From: Actinophytocola sp.
Lineage (GTDB): Bacteria; Actinomycetota; Actinomycetes; Mycobacteriales; Pseudonocardiaceae
DNA length: 64,000 bases
NCBI RefSeq assembly: GCF_035762905.1
Contig: NZ_DASUCC010000096.1
Coordinates: 3,822-67,821, forward strand
Direction: 5' to 3'
The notes under the pieces were generated by a model. The model did no database searches. It worked only from the letters and a program-made list of their open reading frames with translations, and was not told where the DNA came from. Position 1 is the first letter of the stretch; the number at the start of each line of letters is the position of its first letter. Of the stretch, positions 47,035 to 55,812 are shown piece after piece. The translations under genes and the position numbers were made by a program.

Positions 47035-48008
47035 GAGGATTGCTCGTCTTGCTTGAGCGGCTTCCACCACGCGGGGTTGTCGCGGTACCAGGCGAACGTC
47101 TCGGCCAATCCGGTCTCGAACGGAATCCGTGGGGCGTAGCCGAGCCGGTCGCGGATCTTCGTGTCGTCCACGCAGTACCGCCGGTCGTGTCCCAGCCGGT
47201 CGGGCACCCGTTGGACCATCGCGGAGCCGGCGCCGGCGAGCTCGAGCAACCGCTCGGTGACGGCCAGGTTGGTGTGCGCCTCGCCGCCCACGTTGTAGAT
47301 CTGGCCGGCGGCTCCGCGGGTGAGCACCAGGTCGATCGCGCGGCAGTGGTCGTCGACGTGGACCCATTCGCGGACGTTGGCGCCGTCGCCGTACAGCGGC
47401 ACGGGCCGGCCCTCGATCAGGTTGGTGACGAACAGCGGGACGAGCTTCTCGACGTGCTGGTACGGGCCGTAGTTGTTGGCGCACCGCGTGATCGAGACAT
47501 CCAGACCGTGGGTGCGCCAGTAGGCCCGGGCGATCAGGTCGGCACCCGCCTTGGAGGCCGCATAGGGGGAGTTGGGCCGCAGCGCCGCCTCCTCGGGACT
47601 GCCGCCCGTCTCGACGGAGCCGTACACCTCGTCGGTGGAGACGTGCACGATCCGCGCGACGCCGGTCCGGCGGCCCGCCTCAAGCACGTTGTGCGTGCCC
47701 TCCACGTTGGTGCGGACGAACTCGGCCGCGTCCGCGATCGAACGGTCCACATGCGACTCGGCGGCGAAATGGACCACGGCGTCGTGGCCGGGCAGCACGT
47801 CGACCAGCAGCGGCAGGTCGAGCACGTCACCGTGGACGAAGTCCAGCCGGGGGTGGTGTTCCGGGAGGTTGGCCCGGTTGCCCGCGTAGCCCAGCTTGTC
47901 CAGCACCGTGACCCGGTCCGCATCGTGGTCCGGATAGGCGCCGGCCAGCACGGCGCGCACGTAGTGCGAGCCGATGAACCCGGCGCCGCCGGTGACCAGC
48001 AACCTCAT
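47031..48008 (-). CDS. rmlB: dTDP-glucose 4,6-dehydratase
   Basis: LLVTGGAGFIGSHYV, HFAAESHVDRSI, YAASKAGADL and PLYGDGANVREWVHVDDH are canonical RmlB motifs. ATG 48008 overlaps the GT stop (ATGA). Confidence 0.92.
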   Translation of the reverse strand: MRLLVTGGAGFIGSHYVRAVLAGAYPDHDADRVTVLDKLGYAGNRANLPEHHPRLDFVHGDVLDLPLLVDVLPGHDAVVHFAAESHVDRSIADAAEFVRTNVEGTHNVLEAGRRTGVARIVHVSTDEVYGSVETGGSPEEAALRPNSPYAASKAGADLIARAYWRTHGLDVSITRCANNYGPYQHVEKLVPLFVTNLIEGRPVPLYGDGANVREWVHVDDHCRAIDLVLTRGAAGQIYNVGGEAHTNLAVTERLLELAGAGSAMVQRVPDRLGHDRRYCVDDTKIRDRLGYAPRIPFETGLAETFAWYRDNPAWWKPLKQDEQSS

Positions 48009-49141
48009 GGCGTCACCAGGTTCTCCAGCGTGCCGACCACCTCGGCCGGCGGCGGCAGGGTGGCGATCTCCGCGGCGAGCTGTCCCGCCCGGCTCGCGTA
48101 CGACGGGTTGGACAGCAGCTCCAGGCAGCACTTCTCGATCTCCTCGATGGTGTCCTGGTCCCGGGTGAGCAGCAGTCCGGCACCGAACTCGGCCACCGGC
48201 TGGGTGGACTCGACCTGGTAGTTGGACTTCGGGAGCATGAGCTGCGGGATGCCGACGTTCAGCGCGCCCATGGTGGTCACGCCGCCCCCGTGGTGCACCA
48301 TCAGGTCGCAGGTGCGCGCCGCCACCTCCAGCGGAATCCAGCCGGCCTTGACCTCGTCGAGCCCGGCACCGAGCGACTCCACCAGTTCCTGCGGACCGGC
48401 GAGCAGCACCTCGATGCCGGCGGCGGACAGCGTCCTGGTCAGCCGGGGGAGCAGGTCGACGTGCGCGGGAATGTACGGCCGGCTGCCGGCGGTGACCAGC
48501 GCCCGGGGCCGGTCGTCGGTCCGGGTGTACATCCACCGTTCCAACCGGCGCTGCCGGGAGCCGGGCGCCCAGCGCATCGTCAGCCCGTCCGGCGCGTCGG
48601 CGCGCCGCAGGCTCGGCGGAGTGATGTCGACGAACAGGTCGGGCTCCGGCACCCGGTCGAGGCCCAGCCGTCGCAGCTCCGGCGCCAGTTCCTCCGCCGC
48701 GCCCGGGTCGAGGTCCGTGGTCGGGGTCATGTCCCAGGCGTGCCGCACGGAGGGAACTCCGAGGTGCGCGGCGAGCAGCGGCGCGGCGTAGGACAGCGCG
48801 CCGCCGACGACGATGTCGGGCCGCCAGTCCCCGGCGAGCTCGAGCAGCACGTCGAGGCTGTCGGCGGCCATCCGGCCGAACGCGCCGCCGAGGTGGCGCA
48901 GCTCGCCCTGCCGGTCCCACGGAACCGACAGCTCGTTTCCCGCGCGGTCTTTCCAAACGAAATGCTTGACCGGATGGGGGGTCATCGAGATCCCCGGAAT
49001 TCCGGCGCCGGTGACATCCGGGATCAGGTCCTCGTTGGCCGCCATGAAGACCTCGTGCCCGGCGTTCCGCGCGGCCGATGCCAGTGGCGCGACGGCGAAG
49101 ACACAGGCCGGGCTGCCGCCGGTGATGAACAGAAATCTCAT
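48005..49141 (-). CDS. GT1-family glycosyltransferase (distinct lineage from the three paralogs)
   Basis: MRFLFITGGSPACVFAVAPLASAARNAGHEV..., C-terminal MVHHGGGVTTMGALNVGIPQLMLP. May be a C- or first O-glycosyltransferase; this cannot be decided from the sequence. Confidence 0.85.
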   Translation of the reverse strand: MRFLFITGGSPACVFAVAPLASAARNAGHEVFMAANEDLIPDVTGAGIPGISMTPHPVKHFVWKDRAGNELSVPWDRQGELRHLGGAFGRMAADSLDVLLELAGDWRPDIVVGGALSYAAPLLAAHLGVPSVRHAWDMTPTTDLDPGAAEELAPELRRLGLDRVPEPDLFVDITPPSLRRADAPDGLTMRWAPGSRQRRLERWMYTRTDDRPRALVTAGSRPYIPAHVDLLPRLTRTLSAAGIEVLLAGPQELVESLGAGLDEVKAGWIPLEVAARTCDLMVHHGGGVTTMGALNVGIPQLMLPKSNYQVESTQPVAEFGAGLLLTRDQDTIEEIEKCCLELLSNPSYASRAGQLAAEIATLPPPAEVVGTLENLVTP

Positions 49142-49291
49142 TGTTCCCGTTGCCTTTCCTCGAATGAAGCCCGCGCGGAACTAACCAGCGGAATTTGATT
49201 TGTTCGGATTCGGATGCGCCGTCCCGGTGGTTCAATTATCTCGTCCGGGAATCGGAGAGTTCAAGGATTCCGGGTTCAGATCTGCGTCAAA

Positions 49292-50755
49292 TCAGCCGGC
49301 CGGATCACCGAACCAGCGGTGCAGCGCGATCGTGAGTTCGGCCGGATCCGAGCCGATCCAGGCGATGTATCCGTCCGGCCGCACCAGCACCGCGTCGTGC
49401 TCGGGCAGCGGCTGCCCGGCACCGGCCGGCGCGGCCGTCGCGGTCAGCACCCGGTCCTTCCAGCCGGCCGCCGCATCGCGTATCGCGGCGTCGTCGGCGA
49501 TGTCCAGCAGCACCCCCTGCGCCGGGTGCAGCAGTGCGGTCGTGCTGGTCTGTCCGGCGGTTCCGTGCACCGCGACCGGCGGGACCCGGCGGCCGAGCAG
49601 CGGGTGGTCGCCGCCGCCGACCTCGTACCGGAGGTCCAGACCACTGACGATGCCGGCCAGGTGCCGCTTGACGGCGTCGTGCTCGATCAGCTCGCCGAGC
49701 AACTCGCGCAGGGGCTGCGCGTCCGCCCCGCCCAGGAAGATCATGCCCTGGGCGCGGGTGTTCATCAGCAGCCTGGCGCCGGCCGGATGTCGCTCGGCGT
49801 GATAGCTGTCCAGCAGCCCGTCGGGCGCCCAGCCGGCCACCGTCGCGGCCAGCTTCCAGCCCAGGTTGACCGCGTCCAGCAGGCCGGTGCTCATCCCCTG
49901 TCCGCCGGCCGGCAGGTGGATGTGCGCCGCGTCGCCGGCGAGCAGGACGCGGCCCCGCCGGTACTCGGTCACCTGCCGGGTGGCGTCGGTGAACGAGCTG
50001 ACCCATTCGGTGTCCGCGCCGTGGATGTCCTCGCCGGTGATCCGCTGCCAGGCGTCGGCGACCTCGGCGAAATCCGGTTCGCCGTCCTGCTCGACCGGCT
50101 CGGCGCCGTGCTCGCAGACGATGATGCGGTCCACCCCGGGCCGCAGCGGGGCGGCCATCACCATGCCGCCCGGCAGGCGCTCACCCAGCATGCGCGGCCG
50201 GAGCCCGGCGCCGACCACGTCGGCCAGGTACATCCGCCGGGTGGCCGGCGTGCCCGGGAAGTCGAACCCGGCCGCCCCGCGCACCGCGCTGTGCCCGCCG
50301 TCGCAGCCCACGAGGTAGGCCGCCCGGAGCCGGTGCTCGCCGTCCGGCGCCGCAACCGTGACCTCCACGGCATCCTCGCCGGCGAGGAGTTCCCGGAACT
50401 CCCAGCCGCGCCGGATGTCCGCACCCAGCTCGGCGGCCCGGCGCTCCAGCACGTCCTCGGTCTGGGACTGCGGGATGCCGCGCGCGCCGAAGTGGGCACC
50501 GGGCAGCACGGTGTAGTCGAACCGCACGCCGCCGAAGTGGCCGAGCGGGCTGGTCTCGACCGGCCCGAACCGGGGCAGCAGACCGCGCTGGTCGAGCACC
50601 TCCATGGCCCGGGCGGTGAACCCCAGGCCGCGGGACTGCCCGGTCGGCTCGGCGAGGCGCTCGACGACGACGACCCGGGCTCCGCCCAGCCGCAGCTCGG
50701 CGGCGAGCATCAGGCCGGTCGGCCCGGCCCCGACGATGATCACGTCGGTGTTCAT
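49292..50755 (-). CDS. FAD-dependent aromatic-ring monooxygenase (PHBH fold + thioredoxin-like C-terminus)
   Basis: DVIIVGAGPTGLMLAAEL, the DG motif CDGGHSAVR, and GDAAHIHLPAGGQGMSTGLLDAVNLGWKL. Confidence 0.9.
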   Translation of the reverse strand: MNTDVIIVGAGPTGLMLAAELRLGGARVVVVERLAEPTGQSRGLGFTARAMEVLDQRGLLPRFGPVETSPLGHFGGVRFDYTVLPGAHFGARGIPQSQTEDVLERRAAELGADIRRGWEFRELLAGEDAVEVTVAAPDGEHRLRAAYLVGCDGGHSAVRGAAGFDFPGTPATRRMYLADVVGAGLRPRMLGERLPGGMVMAAPLRPGVDRIIVCEHGAEPVEQDGEPDFAEVADAWQRITGEDIHGADTEWVSSFTDATRQVTEYRRGRVLLAGDAAHIHLPAGGQGMSTGLLDAVNLGWKLAATVAGWAPDGLLDSYHAERHPAGARLLMNTRAQGMIFLGGADAQPLRELLGELIEHDAVKRHLAGIVSGLDLRYEVGGGDHPLLGRRVPPVAVHGTAGQTSTTALLHPAQGVLLDIADDAAIRDAAAGWKDRVLTATAAPAGAGQPLPEHDAVLVRPDGYIAWIGSDPAELTIALHRWFGDPAG

Positions 50756-50756
50756 G

Positions 50757-51437
50757 TCAGCTCACCGCCGATCGGGAGTGCCAGACCCGGTAGGTGTTCG
50801 AGGTGCGCGACGTGATCAGGGACCGCGCGCGGATGCGGGACTTCTGGATTTCCACCGGCAGGTCGTCGTCCGGCACGGCGTGGAACCGGTCGTAGGACTC
50901 GCGGTCGTCCCACTGGGAGTAACCGACCACGGCGTGCCCCTCGAGCACGCGGAAGTAGGCGTGCGAACGGTATCCGGGCACGGCGAACCGCCACTGCTCC
51001 GGCTGCGCAAGGGCGTCGACGAGTGCCTTCTGGTTCGCCGGCTCGACGCCGAGCACGGTGATCACCGTGAAGTCGTCCCGCTGCACGGAGATCTCCGGGA
51101 CCGCGCCCGCCTCGGGATGGCACTGGACGAACGCCAGCTCGGTCTTGAGCAACTGGACCATGGTGGACAGCCGCTGGAACAGCGGCACCGTCTTCTTCTT
51201 GAACTTCTCCCCGGCGTAGCGTGCCTCCAGGTCGGCGAGGCTGCGCCACTGGATGTAGTTGGCGGTGCCCGGGTGATCCTCGGCGGTGTGCACCGTGGAG
51301 GAGATCCAGCCCGGATAGTCGGCGCCGTCGACGATGTCGCGCATCGCGTCGAGCACCCGGTCCTGGTCCTCGACGGTCGCGGTCTCGAAGATGTTGAACA
51401 GGGTCAGGTAGCCGTCGTCCGGCGAGATGAAGGGCAT
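50757..51437 (-). CDS. Two-domain ABM (ferredoxin-like) cofactor-free-type oxygenase, AlpJ/JadG/GilOII-like candidate
   Basis: 226 aa with two tandem ABM-like halves (LTLFNIFET...NYIQWRSLADLE and FTVITVLGVE...VGYSQWDDRESYD). Sits between two FAD oxygenases, as in jadF-G-H. Confidence 0.65.
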   Translation of the reverse strand: MPFISPDDGYLTLFNIFETATVEDQDRVLDAMRDIVDGADYPGWISSTVHTAEDHPGTANYIQWRSLADLEARYAGEKFKKKTVPLFQRLSTMVQLLKTELAFVQCHPEAGAVPEISVQRDDFTVITVLGVEPANQKALVDALAQPEQWRFAVPGYRSHAYFRVLEGHAVVGYSQWDDRESYDRFHAVPDDDLPVEIQKSRIRARSLITSRTSNTYRVWHSRSAVS

Positions 51438-51470
51438 GTGTTTCCCCGTTTCCGTTGCGTTGAACCGGTT

Positions 51471-52340
51471 TCAGCCGGCCGTTGACACATCCATGACGTA
51501 CTGCCCGTAGGACGAGGCGGCCAGCCGGCGGCCGAGCCGGTGGCAGGCCTCACGATCGATGTAGCCCATCCGCCAGGCGATCTCCTCGATGCACGCGATC
51601 CGCAGGCCCTGGCGGTGCTCCAGGCTCTGCACGAACTGGCCGGCGTCGGTGAGGGCGTCCGGCGTACCGGTGTCCAGCCAGGCGAACCCGCGGCCGAGGG
51701 AGACGACCCGGACCTTGCCGCGCCGCAGGTAGGTCAGGTTCACGTCGGTGATCTCCAGCTCGCCCCGGTCGGATGGCTCCAGCCCCCTGGCGATGTCGAC
51801 CACGTCGTTGTCGTAGAGATAGAGTCCGGTGATAGCCAGGTTGGACCGTGGTTGAGCGGGCTTCTCCTGCAATGACAACAGGTTCCCGGCCGCGTCCAGC
51901 TCACCCACCCCGTAGCGTTCGGGATCGCGGACCGGGTAGCCGAACAGCACGCAGCCGTCGAGATCCGCCACGTTCCGCCGGAGCAGGCCGCCGAGCCCGT
52001 GCCCGTGAAAGATGTTGTCGCCGAGCACAAGGGCCACCGGGTCGGCACCGATGTGCTCGGCGCCCACGATGAACGCGTGCGCCAGACCGCGCGGCTTGTC
52101 CTGCTCCGCGTAGCCGATGGACAGACCGAGCGCCGAGCCGTCACCGAGCAGGTTCTCGAAACCGCGCAGGTGCTCCGGCGAGGAGATGACCAGGATGTCG
52201 GTGATGCCGGCCAGCATCAGCACGGAAAGCGGGTAGTAGATCATCGGTTTGTCGTAGACCGGAAGCATCTGCTTCGACACGCCGAGTGTGCTCGGGTACA
52301 GCCGGGTTCCGTTGCCGCCGGCCAGGATGATGCCCTTCAT
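51471..52340 (-). CDS. rmlA: Glucose-1-phosphate thymidylyltransferase
   Basis: MKGIILAGGNGTRLYPSTLGVSKQMLPVYDKPMIYYPLS... is the canonical RmlA N-terminus. ATG 52340 overlaps the upstream stop (ATGA). Confidence 0.95.
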   Translation of the reverse strand: MKGIILAGGNGTRLYPSTLGVSKQMLPVYDKPMIYYPLSVLMLAGITDILVISSPEHLRGFENLLGDGSALGLSIGYAEQDKPRGLAHAFIVGAEHIGADPVALVLGDNIFHGHGLGGLLRRNVADLDGCVLFGYPVRDPERYGVGELDAAGNLLSLQEKPAQPRSNLAITGLYLYDNDVVDIARGLEPSDRGELEITDVNLTYLRRGKVRVVSLGRGFAWLDTGTPDALTDAGQFVQSLEHRQGLRIACIEEIAWRMGYIDREACHRLGRRLAASSYGQYVMDVSTAG

Positions 52341-53785
52341 GTCGCGCCTCCCAGGCTGTTCCGTCCCGGCCGGCCGAACCAGCGCCGCAGGGCGGTTTCC
52401 GGGCCGTGGCGGGGGCCGACCCACACGATGTGGCCGTCCGGCCGGATGAGCATCGAATCCGGGAGCCCAGCGCCGTCGGCGACTGCCGCGACCGTGTCCA
52501 CCCGGTCCGCCCACGGCGCCGCGATCACCGACAGCGCCGCGCCGTCGCCGGACAGGTCCAGCAGCACGCCTCGGCCGCGCCGCAGCAGCGCCGCGATCCG
52601 CGTCGAACCGTCCACAGTGGTCAGTAACAAAGACGGCATCCGCAGTCCCAGCAGGGGATGTTCCCCGTCGCCGACGTCGTACCGGATGTCCGTGCCCGAG
52701 ATCATGCCGGCCAGGTGGGCGCGCACCTCGTCGAGTGCGATCAGCTCGCCGAGGATCGCGCGGACCGGCTCGACCTCCGGGCCGCCGAGCAGCAGGGCGG
52801 CCTGGGTCCGGATGTTGGCCAGCACCCGCCGGGCCACCGCATGCCGCTCGGCGTGGTAGCTGTCCAGCAGTTCGTCGGGGGCGGCGCCGCGGGCCACCAG
52901 GGCGAGCTTCCAGCCGAGGTTCACCGCGTCCTGCAGGCCCAGGTTGAGGGCCTGCCCGCCGATCGGCAGCTGCCGGTGCGCCGCATCCCCGGCGAACAGG
53001 ATCCGGCCGTGCCGGTAGCCGGCGAGCAACCGGTTCGCGTCGCCGAACGCGTTGACCCACAACGGTATCCCGCTGCGGATGTCCTCTCCGGTGACCCGCT
53101 TCCAGGCGTCGGCCAGCTCGTCGAACGTGGGCTCCGTGGTGCGGGGCCCGGCGGTCGCGCCGTACTCGTGCACCATGATCCGGGTGACGCCGTCGGGACG
53201 GCGGGCCGCGATGGCCAACCCGGCGGCCAGGCGCTCGAACCGCCGGTTCGGCACGTCGATCCCGGCGACGTCGGCGCGCAGCAGCTCGCGGCCCGCGTCC
53301 TCGCCCGGGAACTCGGGGTCGACCAGCCGGCGCACCGTGCTCCGCTCGCCGTCGCACCCGACGAGGTACCGGCCCCGCACCGGCACCGGGCCGCCCGGTC
53401 CGATTGCCCGCACCTCGACCTGATCGTCCACTACGGACAGATCGACCACCTCGTGGCCGGAGCGGAGGTCCGCGCCGAGGCCGGTCGCCCACGCCCGCAG
53501 CAGCTCCTCCGTCCTGGTCTGCGGGACCTTCCATTGAGTCAGGTCGAAGCCGATCCCGCCGAAGTGACCGCGCGGCTCGACCGGCGGCTCGCCCAGCCGG
53601 TCGAGCAGGCCGCGGCTGTCCAGGATCTCCATCGTCCTGGCGTGCAGGGTGGACGCGCGCGACTCGGTGACCGGCCCGGTCCGTCGCTCCAGCACGACCA
53701 CGTCCGCGCCGCCGAGGCGAAGCTCCCCGGCGAGCATGAGCCCGACCGGACCCGCGCCAACGACGATCACGGTGTGCACCGTCAT
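52337..53785 (-). CDS. FAD-dependent aromatic-ring monooxygenase
   Basis: TVIVVGAGPVGLMLAGEL, CDGERSTVR, GDAAHRQLPIGGQALNLGLQDAVNLGWKL. ATG 53785 overlaps the ARO/CYC stop (ATGA). In-frame TTA codon at 52625-52627. Confidence 0.9.
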   Translation of the reverse strand: MTVHTVIVVGAGPVGLMLAGELRLGGADVVVLERRTGPVTESRASTLHARTMEILDSRGLLDRLGEPPVEPRGHFGGIGFDLTQWKVPQTRTEELLRAWATGLGADLRSGHEVVDLSVVDDQVEVRAIGPGGPVPVRGRYLVGCDGERSTVRRLVDPEFPGEDAGRELLRADVAGIDVPNRRFERLAAGLAIAARRPDGVTRIMVHEYGATAGPRTTEPTFDELADAWKRVTGEDIRSGIPLWVNAFGDANRLLAGYRHGRILFAGDAAHRQLPIGGQALNLGLQDAVNLGWKLALVARGAAPDELLDSYHAERHAVARRVLANIRTQAALLLGGPEVEPVRAILGELIALDEVRAHLAGMISGTDIRYDVGDGEHPLLGLRMPSLLLTTVDGSTRIAALLRRGRGVLLDLSGDGAALSVIAAPWADRVDTVAAVADGAGLPDSMLIRPDGHIVWVGPRHGPETALRRWFGRPGRNSLGGAT

Positions 53786-54726
53786 CGCCGGCTCTCGACG
53801 AAGTCCTTGGCGTAGCCCAACGTGGCGCGGCTGTTGGCGCTCAGCGCGTTGCGCACGTAGTCCCGGGCGTCGGCGACGGTCGCGTCGGTGCCGAGGATCC
53901 GCGGGATGTTCTCGGCATTGAGCACGACGGTGTGCTGCGACGCGGCGGTCGTCCCGTCCGCGCCATCGGTGAACGTCCAGTAGCCGGTGTGCATGGTCAG
54001 CAGGGCCGGCAGAACCACCTGTTTGTACGCGATCCGGTGGTGCGGGAAGCACACCCGGTAGGACCTGGTGGTGTGCACCGAGCCGTCCGGGGCAAGAGTG
54101 TCCATCTCCAGGCACTGCACCCCGGGCGACTCCTCGTCGAGCCGGACGCTTGCCACGTGCGGCAGCCGCTCCGGCCAGCGGTCGGCCGCCGCCACGAACT
54201 CGTAGACGGCGGAGGCCGGTCCGGCCACCCGGACCGTGTCGACGAAGGAGAAGGTCAGCTCCGCGGATCCGTGGGCCAGTTCGAGGTTCGTCCGCAGCGC
54301 GGCGAGCTCCGACCTGGAGTTGCGGTCGACGGCCTCGTCGATCCACCGCAGACTGTCCGGATCGTCGTCCACCGCCCGGTAGTGGTGCAGCAGCCGGACC
54401 CTCGACCGGCCTTCGCCGAGTGGCTCGACCACCCACGTGCCGCTCATCGCGGCCACCGGTGGTGCGGTGACCTCCTGGTGGAACTCGATGCGCAGGTCCG
54501 CCGGGTCGAGCCGGCGAACGGACGTCCAGTTCTTCACCGTTCCGTTGGCGGTGGCCCAGATCCGGATCCGTTCCTGGTCGTGCCCGCGCTCGAGCGCCTC
54601 GACGTAGACCGTCGGGGGGAAGATCCGCGGCCAGTTCCCCACCTCGGCGAGCAGGCGGAACACCGCGGCGCCCGGAGCGGCCACCGTGACCTCGTGCTGT
54701 ACTTCCCGCAGGTCCTGCCGCGTCAT
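53782..54726 (-). CDS. Didomain aromatase/cyclase (two SRPBCC/TcmN-like domains)
   Basis: 314 aa. N-terminal WPRIFPP...IWATANG..KNWTS.R and C-terminal RWPERLPHV... are typical of ActVII/JadD-type ARO/CYC. AAGGAGGA RBS. Confidence 0.9.
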   Translation of the reverse strand: MTRQDLREVQHEVTVAAPGAAVFRLLAEVGNWPRIFPPTVYVEALERGHDQERIRIWATANGTVKNWTSVRRLDPADLRIEFHQEVTAPPVAAMSGTWVVEPLGEGRSRVRLLHHYRAVDDDPDSLRWIDEAVDRNSRSELAALRTNLELAHGSAELTFSFVDTVRVAGPASAVYEFVAAADRWPERLPHVASVRLDEESPGVQCLEMDTLAPDGSVHTTRSYRVCFPHHRIAYKQVVLPALLTMHTGYWTFTDGADGTTAASQHTVVLNAENIPRILGTDATVADARDYVRNALSANSRATLGYAKDFVESRR

Positions 54727-54758
54727 GCTGATCCTCCTTGTCGCGCAAGCCGATCGGC

Positions 54759-55547
54759 TCAGAAGTTGCCCAACCCGCCGCAGACGTTCAGTGCCTGCGC
54801 GGTGATCGCGGCGGCGGCATCGCTGACCAGGTAGCCCACCAGCCCGGCCACCTCGTCCGGGGTGCAGTAGCGGCCGAGCGGGATCTTGGCCTGGAACCTG
54901 GCCAGGATCTCCTCCTCGGTGCTGCCGTACGCGGCGGCGTAACCCTGCCGAACCCGTTGCGCCATCGGTGTTTCGACGTAACCCGGGCAGACCGCGTTGA
55001 CCGTGATGCCGGTCGGTGCCAGCTCGTTGCCGAGCGCCTTGGTGAAACCGACCACGCCGTGTTTGGACGCCGAGTAGGGCGCGCCGAGCACGACGCCCTG
55101 CTTTCCCGCGGTGGACGCGATGTTGACGATGCGCCCGCGGTCCTTGTGCCGCATCCCGCCGGTGTTGAGCACCGCGTGCGTGACCCGGAAGACGCTGTTC
55201 AGGTTGGTCTCGACGACATCGAGCCAGAGGTCCTCGGCAAGATCGGCGGTCACCCCGCCGCCGCTGCGCCCGGCGTTGTTCACCAGCACGTCGATCCCGT
55301 CGAAGCGGTCCACCGCCGCGCCGACGAAGGCCGTGACCGCCTCGGTGGACCGCACGTCGACGGCCGCGCCGTCGACGTCGAGCCGCTCCGCGCGCATCCG
55401 CTTGACCGTCGCGGCCACGTCCTCGGCGGTGCGGGCGCCGAGAAACACCCGGTGGCCCCGAACGGCCAGCAGCCGCGCGGTGGCCAGGCCGATCCCACTG
55501 GTTCCCCCGGTGACCAGGGCGACCCGCTTGTCATGCTGGTGCGGCAT
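54759..55547 (-). CDS. Polyketide C-9 ketoreductase (ActIII-type SDR)
   Basis: ALVTGGTSGIGLA, NNAG, YSASKHGVVGFTKALGNELAPTGITVNAVCPGYVETPMA. Confidence 0.92.
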   Translation of the reverse strand: MPHQHDKRVALVTGGTSGIGLATARLLAVRGHRVFLGARTAEDVAATVKRMRAERLDVDGAAVDVRSTEAVTAFVGAAVDRFDGIDVLVNNAGRSGGGVTADLAEDLWLDVVETNLNSVFRVTHAVLNTGGMRHKDRGRIVNIASTAGKQGVVLGAPYSASKHGVVGFTKALGNELAPTGITVNAVCPGYVETPMAQRVRQGYAAAYGSTEEEILARFQAKIPLGRYCTPDEVAGLVGYLVSDAAAAITAQALNVCGGLGNF

Positions 55548-55812
55548 GTTCGGCTCCGTTCCGGCTCAGCCGCGCGTTGACCGCGTCGATCAACGCGCGC
55601 GGCGTGTCGGACTCGGTGAGCGCGGCGTCGGGCAGCGTGATGCCGAGCTCCCGCTCGATCAGGCGGCCGGTCTCCAGGACGGCCAGCGACTCGTAGCCCA
55701 GCTCGTCGAACCGCCGGTCCAGGATGTCGCCGTCCAGGTCCACCCCTTCGTCGGCACCGGCGCAGGCCAGCAGCATCCGTTTGAGGTCGGCCACCGTGAA
55801 CGTGTCGGTCAT
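55531..55812 (-). CDS. Acyl carrier protein (type II PKS)
   Basis: 93 aa with the phosphopantetheine site DELGYESLAVLE. ATG 55812 overlaps the CLF stop (ATGA), and the 3' end overlaps the KR start by 17 nt. Confidence 0.9.
   Translation of the reverse strand: MTDTFTVADLKRMLLACAGADEGVDLDGDILDRRFDELGYESLAVLETGRLIERELGITLPDAALTESDTPRALIDAVNARLSRNGAEHAAPA

Noticed and set aside
49142-49291. TTGAAC/CTGAAC/TTGACG-like repeats in the AT-richer spacer upstream of the fourth GT, resembling the phased repeats at 58848-58887.
   Set aside because: The first two copies are 11 bp apart, but the others are out of helical phase (+26 and further irregular spacing). The evidence is too weak to call a regulator box. 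The region is probably a promoter.
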